DNA from: Bacteroidales bacterium UBA714
Lineage (GTDB): Bacteria > Bacteroidota > Bacteroidia > Bacteroidales > UBA932
Reading direction: 5' to 3'
Assembly (NCBI GenBank): GCA_002298075.1
Contig: DBLW01000209.1
Location: forward strand, 1 to 45,153
Length of the DNA stretch: 45,153 nucleotides
In this document: positions 10,494-18,875 of the stretch, in pieces
Layout of the letters: every line of letters starts with the position of its first letter
Numbering within the stretch: position 1 is the first letter of the stretch
The notes under the pieces: generated by a model
Seen by the model: the letters and a program-made list of their open reading frames with translations, nothing else
Database searches by the model: none
What the model was told of the DNA's origin: nothing
Position numbers and translations under genes: made by a program

Positions 10494-11195
10494 CTATATA
10501 TCTGTTATTTTGAACGGGTTGTAGGATATGCCTTCGTCAAACACATCAATGTTCTCGTGTTCCTTGACTTTTCTGACCACAACTTCCGTGACGGGAAGTA
10601 TGACTATCTCATATCCTGTCTTGAGAAGAATCTGTATGCCCATGAGCTGAAGCATCTCCGCTGTACCTATGCCCCAGAAGGCAATCGGGAAAAAAATGAG
10701 GGAATCCACGGCTTCTCCAGCTATGGATGAAACGACTGCCCTTACGGAGAACCGCTTTCCTCCTGAGGCGACTTTCATCTTGCTCATTATGAAGGCGTTC
10801 ATAGTGGAGCCCGAGAGGAATGCCAGCAGCGATGCAATAGTAACCCGCGGGGCAAGGGCGAACACATAGTCAAAGTGCTCACCGCCGTCCCAGAAAGGGG
10901 CAGCAGGAAGCATGCGCACTATCTGCGCCATTGCGACCACAAAAAAATTCATTGCGAATCCGGTCCATATGACAAGGCGTGCCTTGCGGTATCCATAGAC
11001 CTCTACAAGGCAGTCATTGATGATGTATGATACCGGGAAAATGAGGACGCCGCCTGTCAGGGCTATGCCTCCTACAGTAAACAATTTGGTCTCAAATAGA
11101 TTGGATGCTATGAGGCATACATTGAAAATGATTGCCATGAGCATGAATGAGATGGACAGGCCCTGGCGCTGTCCGGATGTAGTCGTATTCTGCAT
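10494..11195 (-). CDS. yhhQ: Queuosine precursor transporter (YhhQ/VUT family)
   Basis: [16 protein letters not shown] and R..SS..GE..DS..FFPIAF motifs; adjacent to queC and queF. Confidence 0.9.
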   Translation of the reverse strand: MQNTTTSGQRQGLSISFMLMAIIFNVCLIASNLFETKLFTVGGIALTGGVLIFPVSYIINDCLVEVYGYRKARLVIWTGFAMNFFVVAMAQIVRMLPAAPFWDGGEHFDYVFALAPRVTIASLLAFLSGSTMNAFIMSKMKVASGGKRFSVRAVVSSIAGEAVDSLIFFPIAFWGIGTAEMLQLMGIQILLKTGYEIVILPVTEVVVRKVKEHENIDVFDEGISYNPFKITDI

Positions 11196-11200
11196 TTTTT

Positions 11201-11276
11201 CTTGTTTTGTCAGGGACTTGCGGGAGGCTCCTTGCGGGAATTTCTTGCAAGTTCCAAGTGGTTACCAAGCACACTT
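11201..11276 (-). ncRNA. preQ1-I-like riboswitch with a hairpin inserted in L3
   Basis: Sense RNA: P1 AAGUG/CACUU around loop UGCUUGGUAAC; 3' tail AAAACAAG whose CAAG can pair with loop CUUG. Lies between the promoter (11292-11299) and the yhhQ ATG. Confidence 0.72.
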
Positions 11277-11291
11277 TCTGTTTTCTGGCCG

Positions 11292-11299
11292 CAAAAATA
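11292..11299 (-). promoter_or_regulatory. -7 promoter element (TATTTTTG) of the que operon
   Basis: TAnnTTTG consensus just upstream of the riboswitch candidate. Confidence 0.65.
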
Positions 11300-11461
11300 G
11301 CGAAAATCTGCGGAATACAATCGGAGAATGATGATTTTGTTGTTCAGTGGCCTTTTCATTGTACAGGCCGGGGGTGACGCGCATTGTTGCAATTGATGCA
11401 TAATGTTTTTAATTTTGCAAGTTTCATGACAATAGGGGAATACTAATTTAAATTGAATACT

Positions 11462-12913
11462 ATGACGCTTATCAAATCAATTTCCGGAATCCGCGGCACA
11501 ATCGGCGGCGCTCCGGGAGAGGGGCTTTCGCCGGTGGATATCGTGAAATTCACTTACGCATATTGCGAGAAGATGAAAGAGACGCTTGGCAAGCCGCAGG
11601 GGGAGAGGTACAAGGTGGTGGTCGGAAAAGACGCACGCCTGTCTGGAGATATGGTGGAGCAGCTTGTATGCGGAACCTTGGTATCTTGCGGAGTTGATGT
11701 GATAAAGGCCGGTTTCGCTTCCACTCCGACAACTGAGATGGCAGTCGTGTTTTCCGGTGCTGACGGAGGCATAATCATCACGGCCTCCCATAATCCGAAA
11801 CAGTGGAACGCCCTGAAGCTCCTTAACGAAAAAGGCGAGTTCCTTAATGCTTCGGAAGGTGCGGCAATATTGGAGTGCGCAGAGAAAGAGGATTTTAATT
11901 TTGCGGATGTCGATTCGCTCGGATGCATTGAAGAGCACGATTTTACAGATGAGCATCTGGATGCGGTCCTTGCTCTTGATTCTGTTGATGCTGAAGCGGT
12001 CAAGAAGGCTCATTTCAAGGTGGTTCTTGACGCAGTTAACTCTGTCGGAGGCATAATCATGCCGCGTCTGCTTGAGCGTCTCGGTGTTGAGTGCATTATG
12101 GTGAATTGCGAGCCTACAGGCCAGTTTGCGCATAATCCTGAGCCGCTTCCTGCAAATCTGGTAGAATTGTCCGAAGCGGTGGTCTCCAACAAGGCTGATT
12201 TCGGAATCTCTGTTGACCCTGACGTTGACCGCCTTGCGCTGATTTGCGAGGACGGAAAGCCTTTCGGTGAGGAATATACTCTTGTGAGCGTTGCCGACTA
12301 TCTGCTTTCGAAGGCATATGAAAAGTCTTTAAGCACGGGATGCTCTCTTGATGAGGCTGCTGCCCCGTATTCGCTTGCGACTTCTTCGAACCTGTCTTCA
12401 TCAAGGGCTCTTCGTGATGTCACTGAGCGTTATGGCGGAGTATATTGCGCAGCTGCCGTAGGAGAGGTGAACGTCGTGTCGAAGATGAAGGAATGCGGCG
12501 CCCTTATCGGCGGTGAAGGAAACGGAGGCGTGATTTATCCTGCCTTGCATTATGGCCGTGACGCGATGGTTGGAGTGGCCCTGTTCCTTACGAATCTTGC
12601 CGCGAAGAGAATGAAGGTTTCGGAACTGCTTGCCACATATCCGCAATATGTCATAGCTAAAAATAAAATCGAATTGTCGGACAAGTCCTTGATTGACAGG
12701 ATTCTTGATGAAATCAAAGCTGCATATGCATCTGAGGACATCAATACGGAGGACGGTGTCAAGATTTCTTTCGAGTCACGCCGCGAATGGGTGCACCTGC
12801 GCAGGTCCAATACTGAGCCTATCATACGCATTTATGCCGAGGCTGCTGACAGGGATGCTGCCGATGCCCTTGCCCGTGAGATTGTCTGTATCGCACAAAA
12901 AATCATAGGATAG
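11462..12913 (+). CDS. glmM: Phosphoglucosamine mutase / alpha-D-phosphohexomutase
   Basis: MTLIKSISGIRG, catalytic TASHNP, metal loop DPDVDR, GGEGNGG, SNTEP. TAATTTTG promoter at 11410-11417. Confidence 0.85.
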   Translation: MTLIKSISGIRGTIGGAPGEGLSPVDIVKFTYAYCEKMKETLGKPQGERYKVVVGKDARLSGDMVEQLVCGTLVSCGVDVIKAGFASTPTTEMAVVFSGADGGIIITASHNPKQWNALKLLNEKGEFLNASEGAAILECAEKEDFNFADVDSLGCIEEHDFTDEHLDAVLALDSVDAEAVKKAHFKVVLDAVNSVGGIIMPRLLERLGVECIMVNCEPTGQFAHNPEPLPANLVELSEAVVSNKADFGISVDPDVDRLALICEDGKPFGEEYTLVSVADYLLSKAYEKSLSTGCSLDEAAAPYSLATSSNLSSSRALRDVTERYGGVYCAAAVGEVNVVSKMKECGALIGGEGNGGVIYPALHYGRDAMVGVALFLTNLAAKRMKVSELLATYPQYVIAKNKIELSDKSLIDRILDEIKAAYASEDINTEDGVKISFESRREWVHLRRSNTEPIIRIYAEAADRDAADALAREIVCIAQKIIG

Positions 12914-13980
12914 TGTTTTCGTTCAGGACTACATCATTGGAGGAACAGCTTGACAAGGCCTTGCTTGAGGGCAAGGTCGGCTGTTTCTGTACACAGAACT
13001 GCTGGGATACCGAACGCGGAAGGTATATGTATGACATTTTCCGTGACAGGGGTAACCTTCATACTATATTCAATCCCCGTGACACTGAGCTGACTCCGCT
13101 GACGAACCATATCGGGTTTGCGAAAGATGAACTTGCAGGCCTGAGTGCCGTGGTCGTGGAAATCCAGGATGTCGGGACGAGGTATTTCAATTATACAAAG
13201 GATGTGTTCCGTCTGATGGAGGTGCTTAAGGAGATGAATGACGAGGCCCCTTCGCTTTATGTTGTGGACCATATCAACCCGGCGGGACGTGTCGTTGAGG
13301 GTACTATGCCTTCTGCGGAATCGGAACCTCATGTTCCCAAGGTAGCACATCGCCACGGGCTTACTCTCGGAGAGCTTGTGAATCTTTATTACGCGGAGAT
13401 TGGCGCGAAGTTCGCCCTGCATGTCATTTCTGCCCTTGCAACAGATTCCAACAAGCAGCTAATGCCGTGGACTATTGCTCCTGCGTCAGATGTGCCGGGA
13501 CTTTTCACTTGCGATGTCTATAGCGGCGGGGGATTGTGGAACAACACGAACGTGACCCCGGGCATCGGAACGGCAAGGCCGTATGAGTATATCGGTGCAC
13601 CTTTCATAAAGACTGCCGGACGCGAGGTGCTTCCCGGTGCAGACGGAATCATGATGCGTCCTTGCTCTTTCACGCCTGCATGCGGCAGATATTCCGGTGA
13701 GAAGTGCTACGGATATCAGCTTATGCTCGAGCCTGGCAGGGACTATCACTCCCTTATCCATACGCTGCAGATAATGAGGTATTTCTCCCAGAGGTATGAC
13801 GAGTTCCGTCTGGATGACGGTTTTGCGGCGAAACTTTCTGATTCTGTGCTCTTTGGATATGTGGCCGGTGAGGTTTCTTTGGAGGAAATGAAGGAGCATG
13901 TGAAGCTTGAAGAGCAGAAATGGGTGCGTAAAGCGAAGAAATATGTTCTGTATGATGACCAGCCTTATAGGGTCAAGTGA
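12913..13980 (+). CDS. DUF1343 / NamZ (GH171)-like protein, divergent, no signal peptide
   Basis: EIQDVGTRYFNY, VDHINPAG, RHGLTLGEL, GIGTARPYEYIGAPF; GTG start overlaps the glmM TAG. Confidence 0.8.
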   Translation: MFSFRTTSLEEQLDKALLEGKVGCFCTQNCWDTERGRYMYDIFRDRGNLHTIFNPRDTELTPLTNHIGFAKDELAGLSAVVVEIQDVGTRYFNYTKDVFRLMEVLKEMNDEAPSLYVVDHINPAGRVVEGTMPSAESEPHVPKVAHRHGLTLGELVNLYYAEIGAKFALHVISALATDSNKQLMPWTIAPASDVPGLFTCDVYSGGGLWNNTNVTPGIGTARPYEYIGAPFIKTAGREVLPGADGIMMRPCSFTPACGRYSGEKCYGYQLMLEPGRDYHSLIHTLQIMRYFSQRYDEFRLDDGFAAKLSDSVLFGYVAGEVSLEEMKEHVKLEEQKWVRKAKKYVLYDDQPYRVK

Positions 13981-14085
13981 TGAATGGCAGGAAATCTTGT
14001 GCGAAAACATTGATTATCTTTGGTTATTCGGAAAAAAGGAAGTACATTTGCGGCTCGAAAAATAGTTAACTAATTTTTACGTATT

Positions 14086-14334
14086 ATGAAAAAAGGTATA
14101 CATCCCGAAACCTACCGTCTTGTAGCTTTCAAGGATATGTCAAATGATCAGGTCTTCATCACCCGCTCATGCGCGAACACTAGGGAGACCATCGAGATCG
14201 AGGGTGTTGAGTACCCGGTTGTAAAACTTGAGATTTCAAGCTCTTCACATCCGTTCTACACCGGTAAGATGAAGCTCGTTGATACTGCGGGCCGTGTTGA
14301 CAAATTCTATCAGAGATACGCCAAGAAGAAGTAA
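14086..14334 (+). CDS. rpmE2: 50S ribosomal protein L31 type B (no Zn-binding Cys motif)
   Basis: MKKGIHPE...[13 protein letters not shown]...AGRVDKF; TACATTTG promoter at 14043-14050. Confidence 0.96.
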   Translation: MKKGIHPETYRLVAFKDMSNDQVFITRSCANTRETIEIEGVEYPVVKLEISSSSHPFYTGKMKLVDTAGRVDKFYQRYAKKK

Positions 14335-14359
14335 TTTCTTCCGAGACATAAAGGTTATC

Positions 14360-14398
14360 AGGAGGCCATTGAGTCAGAATGCTCATGGCCTCCTTTTT
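14360..14398 (+). terminator. Intrinsic terminator after rpmE2
   Basis: AGGAGGCCAT...ATGGCCTCCT followed by a T run. Confidence 0.85.
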
Positions 14399-14526
14399 AT
14401 ATTCTGCCTTACCGATGTGGAGAGTCTGGAGCAACGTTCTGCGAATGGATTATGAGATTGTGTTAAGCTGTTGGCGATGTTTCGGGAACGTAAATTAGCC
14501 TTACCTTCGATAGCTGCAGACATGGC

Positions 14527-14613
14527 AAAACGGTTTAATATAACGTTGGATTTTTACGGAATGCCATCGAAAAGTAATTCTGTTTAAAATTCGGCCGTTT
14601 CTTAAACCAAATT
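14527..14613. repeat. ~87-bp imperfect palindromic element, copy B
   Basis: GGTTTAA...TTAAACC arms; similar to 4915-5002. Confidence 0.75.
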
Positions 14614-14684
14614 CAATGAGTGGGAACAATCCAATTGTTCAGTTAGACTAATTATATTCCTGGCAGCAGTGTTGACGCAGGAAT

Positions 14685-14723
14685 AAAAAAGAAGCGGAGC
14701 ACTATCCTGTGTTCCGCTTCTTT
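14685..14723 (-). terminator. Terminator 3' of rplS-tRNA-Arg
   Basis: AAAAGAAGCGGAGCAC...GTGTTCCGCTTCTTT inverted repeat. Confidence 0.8.
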
Positions 14724-14800
14724 TGGTGACCCCAACAGGATTCAAACCTGTAACCTTTTGATCCGTAGTCAAATGCTCTATTCAGTTGAGCTATGGGGCC
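14724..14800 (-). tRNA. tRNA-Arg(ACG)
   Basis: Cloverleaf, anticodon arm TTTGA-CT ACG GA-TCAAA, encoded CCA; 16 nt downstream of the rplS stop. Confidence 0.95.
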
Positions 14801-14816
14801 GTTTGCAGCTATGCTG

Positions 14817-15197
14817 CTATTCTTTTGTGCTGTTGCTTACGACAACTTTCTTCTCTTTGATGCGTGCTTTCTTTCCAGCAAGCGCTCTGAGGTAGAAAAT
14901 ACGTGCCCTGCGCACTTTACCAATCTTGTTGAGCTCAATCGACTCAATGAAAGGTGACTCGAACGGGAAGATTCTCTCAACACCTACACCGCTTGAAATC
15001 TTGCGGATAGTGAAAGTCCTCGTATTGGCTGAAGCTCCGCGAAGCTGGATAACAGTTCCTTTGAACTTCTGAAGTCTCTCCTTGTCGCCCTCTTTGATTC
15101 TGTAAGTGACGGTGATTGTGTCACCGGCCTTGAATTTAGGGTAGCTGGCTACTTTATCATTGCTGAATGCCTGCTCTACTACTTTAATAAAATCCAT
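14817..15197 (-). CDS. rplS: 50S ribosomal protein L19
   Basis: FKAGDTI, FTIRKISSGVGVERIFP, GKVRRARIFYLR. Confidence 0.97.
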   Translation of the reverse strand: MDFIKVVEQAFSNDKVASYPKFKAGDTITVTYRIKEGDKERLQKFKGTVIQLRGASANTRTFTIRKISSGVGVERIFPFESPFIESIELNKIGKVRRARIFYLRALAGKKARIKEKKVVVSNSTKE

Positions 15198-15223
15198 TTC
15201 TGTACTGAATTAAAAGTTTTGTG

Positions 15224-15262
15224 GCAACATTGCGTTCGTTTTCACCCTGCACAAGAGGTTGC
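15224..15262 (-). promoter_or_regulatory. Putative L19 ribosomal leader hairpin
   Basis: Sense GCAACCUCU...AAUGUUGC closes a stem with an internal loop between the promoter and the rplS ATG. Confidence 0.5.
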
Positions 15263-15267
15263 TTTGA

Positions 15268-15295
15268 TTTTGGGATTGCAAAGGTATGAATAAAA
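15268..15295 (-). promoter_or_regulatory. Promoter of rplS-tRNA-Arg (TACCTTTG -7 element)
   Basis: TAnnTTTG with an upstream TTTG -33 box; identical 28-mer at 8795-8822. Confidence 0.75.
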
Positions 15296-15355
15296 AATAA
15301 AATACCAAACTTTTCTTGAGAAATTTTTCAAAAAAAGTTGCAATCAAGACAAAAC

Positions 15356-16519
15356 TCAGTCAAAAAGTCCCTTCAACTTCTCAAAAAAACCTTTGTCATC
15401 CTTGCTCGGGTCCGGCTTGAAGCTTTCTTTGCCGCGCAGGGATTCGATGAGAGCCTTGTCCTCCTTGTCGAGTTTCTTCGGTATCCATACGGCGAACTTG
15501 ACATACATGTCTCCGATTCCTCCGTACCCGTTGACTGACGGAAGTCCGCGTCCGCGCAGTCTTACGACTTTGCCTGACTGGGTTCCCGGCTCAACCTTTA
15601 TCCTGTAGTTCCCGTCAAGGCAAGGTATCTCGGTCTCTGAGCCGAGTATCGCGTCAGGTACAGAAATAATCTTAGTATAATAAAGGTTATTGCCCTCCCT
15701 TTTGAGGTTAGGGTGCTCCTGCTCCTCGATGACTACAAGAAGGTCTCCGTTTATTCCGTTGTTCTTGGCCGCGTGTCCCTGTCCCTGTAGAGTCAGCTGC
15801 ATTCCAGCTTCCACTCCTGCCGGTATTCTTACTTTTATGGTCTCGCGCTTGCGCACAAGTCCTGAGCCTGAGCAATTCTTGCAAGGGTTCGATATGATTT
15901 TTCCCTCTCCGTTGCACTGCTGGCATGTGGATCGGGTTATGGTCTGGCCGAGGAAACTGTTCGTAACCCTCTGCACTTCGCCTGTACCGTTACATGCCGG
16001 ACAGGTCTTTATGTCAGAGCTGTTCTTCGCTCCCTTGCCTGAGCATTCGGTGCATGGAACGCTTTTTTCTATGCTGATTTCCTTTTCGACCCCGTTTGCA
16101 ATCTCTTCGAGAGTCAGTTTGACCCTTACGCGTATGTCGCGTCCGCGGGAAACTCTCTGCTGACGGGTGCCTCCGCCGAAACCTCCGAACCCGCTGAAGC
16201 CTCCGAATCCGCCTCCGAAAGCGCCGCCGAACAGGTCGTTGAGAATGTCGTTCAGATTGCCGAAACCTCCGCTGAAGTCCGGGCCGGCCCCTTCTACGCC
16301 TGCGTGCCCGAACTGGTCGTATCTCGCTTTCTTCTCGGCATCACTGAGTACGGAATATGCCTCTGCAGCTTCCTTGAATTTTTCCTCGGCTTCTTTGTTG
16401 CCCGGATTCTTGTCCGGGTGGTATTTTATGGCCAGCTTCCTGTAGGCCTTCTTTATGTCATCGGCACTTGCGCTCCTGTCAACGCCGAGCACCTCATAGT
16501 AATCTTTTTTTCCTGCCAT
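15356..16519 (-). CDS. dnaJ: Chaperone DnaJ
   Basis: J domain with HPD, G/F-rich region, four CxxCxGxG repeats. Confidence 0.97.
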   Translation of the reverse strand: MAGKKDYYEVLGVDRSASADDIKKAYRKLAIKYHPDKNPGNKEAEEKFKEAAEAYSVLSDAEKKARYDQFGHAGVEGAGPDFSGGFGNLNDILNDLFGGAFGGGFGGFSGFGGFGGGTRQQRVSRGRDIRVRVKLTLEEIANGVEKEISIEKSVPCTECSGKGAKNSSDIKTCPACNGTGEVQRVTNSFLGQTITRSTCQQCNGEGKIISNPCKNCSGSGLVRKRETIKVRIPAGVEAGMQLTLQGQGHAAKNNGINGDLLVVIEEQEHPNLKREGNNLYYTKIISVPDAILGSETEIPCLDGNYRIKVEPGTQSGKVVRLRGRGLPSVNGYGGIGDMYVKFAVWIPKKLDKEDKALIESLRGKESFKPDPSKDDKGFFEKLKGLFD

Positions 16520-16541
16520 AGTCTGATTCAAATTATACGCG

Positions 16542-17114
16542 TCAGATTCCGACTACAACTTTTGCAAAGCGTATCACTTTGCCGTTGAGCGTGTATCCGG
16601 TCTGTACTACATCGAAGACCTTTCCCTTCTTGTCTTCTTCTTGGACCGGGAACTGGGCCACCGCTTCGTGGAGGTCCGTGTCAAAAGGTTTCCCGAGTGC
16701 CTCAATGGCCTCAAGGCCCTTGCTCTTGAGGTAGCCGGTGAGCTTGCCGTATATTAGTTCCGTTCCTTCTTTTGCTGCCTCGCTGTCAGACGACTCCTTG
16801 AGGACGGCGATGGCACGTTCGCAGTCATCCAAAACCGGAAGCAGTCCCTTGATTGTGTCCGTAGATGCCATGCTCACAAGTTCAAGCTTTTCCTGTGAGG
16901 TTCTTCTTCGGAAATTGTCAAATTCGGCCATAAGCCTCAGATAGTCGTCCTTTTCCTTTGCTATTTTTGCCTCAAGGTCGCTTATCTTCTTTTCGCAGTC
17001 AGTCTTTTCTTCCTGGCTCTCTTGTGCGCTTTCCGTAATGACTTCTTCCTGCACCACCTCTTCGTTTATGGTTTCCTTCAGCTCTTTTTCTTTGTTTTCC
17101 TTTGACATATCCAT
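16542..17114 (-). CDS. grpE: Nucleotide exchange factor GrpE
   Basis: [44 protein letters not shown]. Confidence 0.96.
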   Translation of the reverse strand: MDMSKENKEKELKETINEEVVQEEVITESAQESQEEKTDCEKKISDLEAKIAKEKDDYLRLMAEFDNFRRRTSQEKLELVSMASTDTIKGLLPVLDDCERAIAVLKESSDSEAAKEGTELIYGKLTGYLKSKGLEAIEALGKPFDTDLHEAVAQFPVQEEDKKGKVFDVVQTGYTLNGKVIRFAKVVVGI

Positions 17115-17251
17115 GTATCTTTTTTCTTTCTATAAACAATGCCACGAGTGCGGCGATAATGATTGTAAGCAGCATTCCATGCCTTCATGAGGAATTTGTC
17201 CTCCCGAAAAGCCGCGGCAAAGATAACAAATAATCTGCCACCTGCGCAATT

Positions 17252-17266
17252 CTGACAAAATGGCAG
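17252..17266. promoter_or_regulatory. Candidate operator of grpE-dnaJ (CTGACA-AAA-TGGCAG)
   Basis: Near-perfect 6-3-6 inverted repeat upstream of the TATCTTTG -7 element (17218-17225). Confidence 0.5.
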
Positions 17267-17460
17267 TATTGCCTGCCGGGATGTGTTGCGGATGTCATGC
17301 CTGCCCATATGATTCGTGAACTTGCGGAAAAATTCTGCAATCGTGCCGTAGTTATGAAAATACTTAAAAGATGTGCGTGTAAGCAGCCAAAAACTTAAAT
17401 AATTTAATGGTTTGTTAAAAATATGATTAATTTTGTAGGCTAATAAAACTTAATCGTAAC

Positions 17461-18861
17461 ATGGCAAAATTCTTTGATCCGCCTCAGGCGAAGCCCCTTC
17501 TGCCCAAAGAGAAGATTGACAAAGTTTATAAATCCATGAGATTCAAAGTCTTCATGGGCTCTTTCCTCGGATATGCCGCGTACTATCTTGTGCGCAAGAA
17601 CCTTTCACTGGCAGCTCCGGGCATGATTGAGGACGGACTTGTTGACAAGGCTGGCGTAGGTATCGCGATGTCTGCGGTATCCATCGCGTATGCGTTCAGC
17701 AAATTCATCATGGGAAGCGTCTCAGACCGCTCTGACGCCAGGAAATTCCTTGTCGTGGGTCTTGTGCTCTCCGCCATCACGATGATGTCGGTGGGCCTTA
17801 TACCTTTCGGGGCAAACCAGGCCCTCAATGTCGCCGTCATATTCCTGCTAATGCTCATCGTTGGCTGGCTTTCAGGAATGGGCTGGCCTCCTTGCGGGCG
17901 CATAATGGCACATTGGTTCTCGCAAAACGAGCGGAGTTTCAAGATGTCAATCTGGAATACCTCGCATACTCTCGGAAGCGGCAGCCTCGGGCTGCTTGTC
18001 ACTTTTGGGGTCTTCATTTTCGGTACTATGGGCATAGAGCAGACATGGAAGGCGGCATTCATAGTACCTTCGGCCATTGCCATCGTGCTTGCCATTGTCT
18101 GCTGGTGGGCCCTTCGTGACACTCCGCAGTCATGCGGGCTTCCTCCCATTGACGAGTACAGGAATGATTTCTCAGGAGTGAAAAGCAAGAAAGGGGAGGA
18201 ACAGAAGATTCCGTTCAAGACTCTTTTCATTGACTATATTTTCAAGAACAAATGGATTTGGCTCATAGCCTTGTCAAATGCCTTCGTATATATGGTACGC
18301 TATGGCGTGGGTGACTGGGCGCCTATCTACCTTCAGGAGATGGACATCATGACTGCCAAGGAGAGCAATCTGGCGTTCGCCCTCCACAATTATGCCGGCA
18401 TATTCGGCACGATTGTCTGCGGATGGATTTCCGCCAAGTTCTTCAAGGGGCGCTGTGCTCCTCCGAATATCATTTTCATGGCTGCTGTCCTTGTCGGAAC
18501 TCTCATATATTGGCAGAGCGGAAACATCGCCGCTTTCATGGCTTCCGACGCATCTGCCATGTCAGCCATTACAAAGACCCTTGTATATTTCGGCCTTATC
18601 CTTATAGGGTTCTGCATTTATGGTCCCGTTGCCCTTGTCAGCATCCAGGCACTGAATCTCGTTCCGAAGAATGCGGCAGGTACTGCGGCCGGTTTTGTGG
18701 GCCTGTTCGGATATCTTATAGGTGATGCTATTCTTTCCAAGCTCATAATGGGCTCCGTTGCCCAGAGTGCCGGATGGAGCGTGACATTCGTGCTGCTTTG
18801 CGCTGCCAGCGTGATCGCGATTGTACTTTGCGCGATGACACTCAAGAGTGAAACGAAATAA
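17461..18861 (+). CDS. glpT: MFS organophosphate:Pi antiporter, GlpT-like
   Basis: GYAAYYLVRKN (first substrate Arg), SKFIMGSVSDRS, GMGWPPCGR, WNTSH, VYMVRYG (second Arg), IYGP, AAGTAAGFVGLFGY. TAATTTTG promoter at 17428-17435. Confidence 0.9.
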   Translation: MAKFFDPPQAKPLLPKEKIDKVYKSMRFKVFMGSFLGYAAYYLVRKNLSLAAPGMIEDGLVDKAGVGIAMSAVSIAYAFSKFIMGSVSDRSDARKFLVVGLVLSAITMMSVGLIPFGANQALNVAVIFLLMLIVGWLSGMGWPPCGRIMAHWFSQNERSFKMSIWNTSHTLGSGSLGLLVTFGVFIFGTMGIEQTWKAAFIVPSAIAIVLAIVCWWALRDTPQSCGLPPIDEYRNDFSGVKSKKGEEQKIPFKTLFIDYIFKNKWIWLIALSNAFVYMVRYGVGDWAPIYLQEMDIMTAKESNLAFALHNYAGIFGTIVCGWISAKFFKGRCAPPNIIFMAAVLVGTLIYWQSGNIAAFMASDASAMSAITKTLVYFGLILIGFCIYGPVALVSIQALNLVPKNAAGTAAGFVGLFGYLIGDAILSKLIMGSVAQSAGWSVTFVLLCAASVIAIVLCAMTLKSETK

Positions 18862-18875
18862 CCAGAAAAGACAAG

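Noticed and set aside
16165-16275. CC(G/T)CCGAA short repeats
   Set aside because: They encode the normal G/F-rich linker of DnaJ
17391-17432. Pho-box-like TTAA repeats upstream of glpT
   Set aside because: Irregular spacing (9, 11, 12 bp) in AT-rich DNA; not distinguishable from chance
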